A DNA stretch of 64,000 nt from contig NC_087245.1 in the NCBI RefSeq assembly GCF_037042905.1, positions 37,078,001 to 37,142,000 of the forward strand. The letters run 5' to 3'. The notes under the pieces were generated by a model. It saw only the letters and a program-made list of their open reading frames with translations. It was not told the DNA's origin and searched no databases. This document shows positions 63,536 to 64,000 of this stretch, piece by piece (the stretch's first letter is position 1; each line of letters begins with the position of its first letter). Source of the DNA: Lytechinus pictus (Eukaryota). Made by a program: the position numbers and the translations under genes.

Positions 63536-64000
63536 TACAGGTAATTCTGCCTAAGTCCAATCTTGTGAGACCGTAGAAATCTGTTTGACTTCAGAGAAAT
63601 TAGGCTTAGAAGAGGTATATAAAACATGTTTTTGAATCATCTGGTCTTAAACATTGCTTATGGAAGGACTTACGGCAGGTCTACTTAGGCAGAGTTGCCT
63701 GTAAATTTTCATTGTATGATATTACATCAAATATGTACAAATTGTGAAAGTAATGGGACACACCATCGTTTCTGAGGCGATTTGGATGTAGCAATCATTC
63801 CGAAGCAATACTGAAGAAAGAACATACATTCATATTACCAAGGAAGGGATAATCTATTGAAATCAAAAGGTGATTATTTGCTTTATATTCCAGATTGGAA
63901 ATTATTTGATCAGAGACAGAGAAGAAATATGTTATAAAACCATAAATGATATCATATGGAATTCAGGCTGAGTGCAGATTCTCCCCTTGGATCTTTTGCA

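Overview
This is eukaryotic, AT-rich, intron- and transposon-rich invertebrate genomic DNA. The repeat landscape looks echinoderm/sea-urchin-like, which is an inference. I assembled three spliced genes by hand from GT-AG sites with consistent phases. (1) A complete carboxypeptidase M-like gene on + (8 coding exons, 13301-23195, 443 aa, signal peptide and GPI-type tail). (2) An uncharacterised gene of about 958 aa on - (36800-30310), mostly disordered, with a C-terminal SH3 domain. (3) DNAJC10/ERdj5 on + (15 coding exons from 43533 to 63000, continuing past the window end). The rest is MITEs and non-autonomous DNA transposons with visible TIRs/TSDs, Helentron/DINE-1-like elements, tRNA-derived SINEs, LINE 3' fragments and microsatellites. 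The most unusual signal is that DNAJC10 carries three independent tandem duplications of its own exon boundaries: a 7-copy splice-donor minisatellite, a triplicated acceptor, and a ~0.9 kb half-exon+intron duplication. These create arrays of decoy or poison splice sites. I also found a degenerate minimal hammerhead-ribozyme motif in a DNAJC10 intron and a recently mobile element carrying arrays of perfect nuclear-receptor DR1 sites. Most ORFs in the supplied track are spurious.
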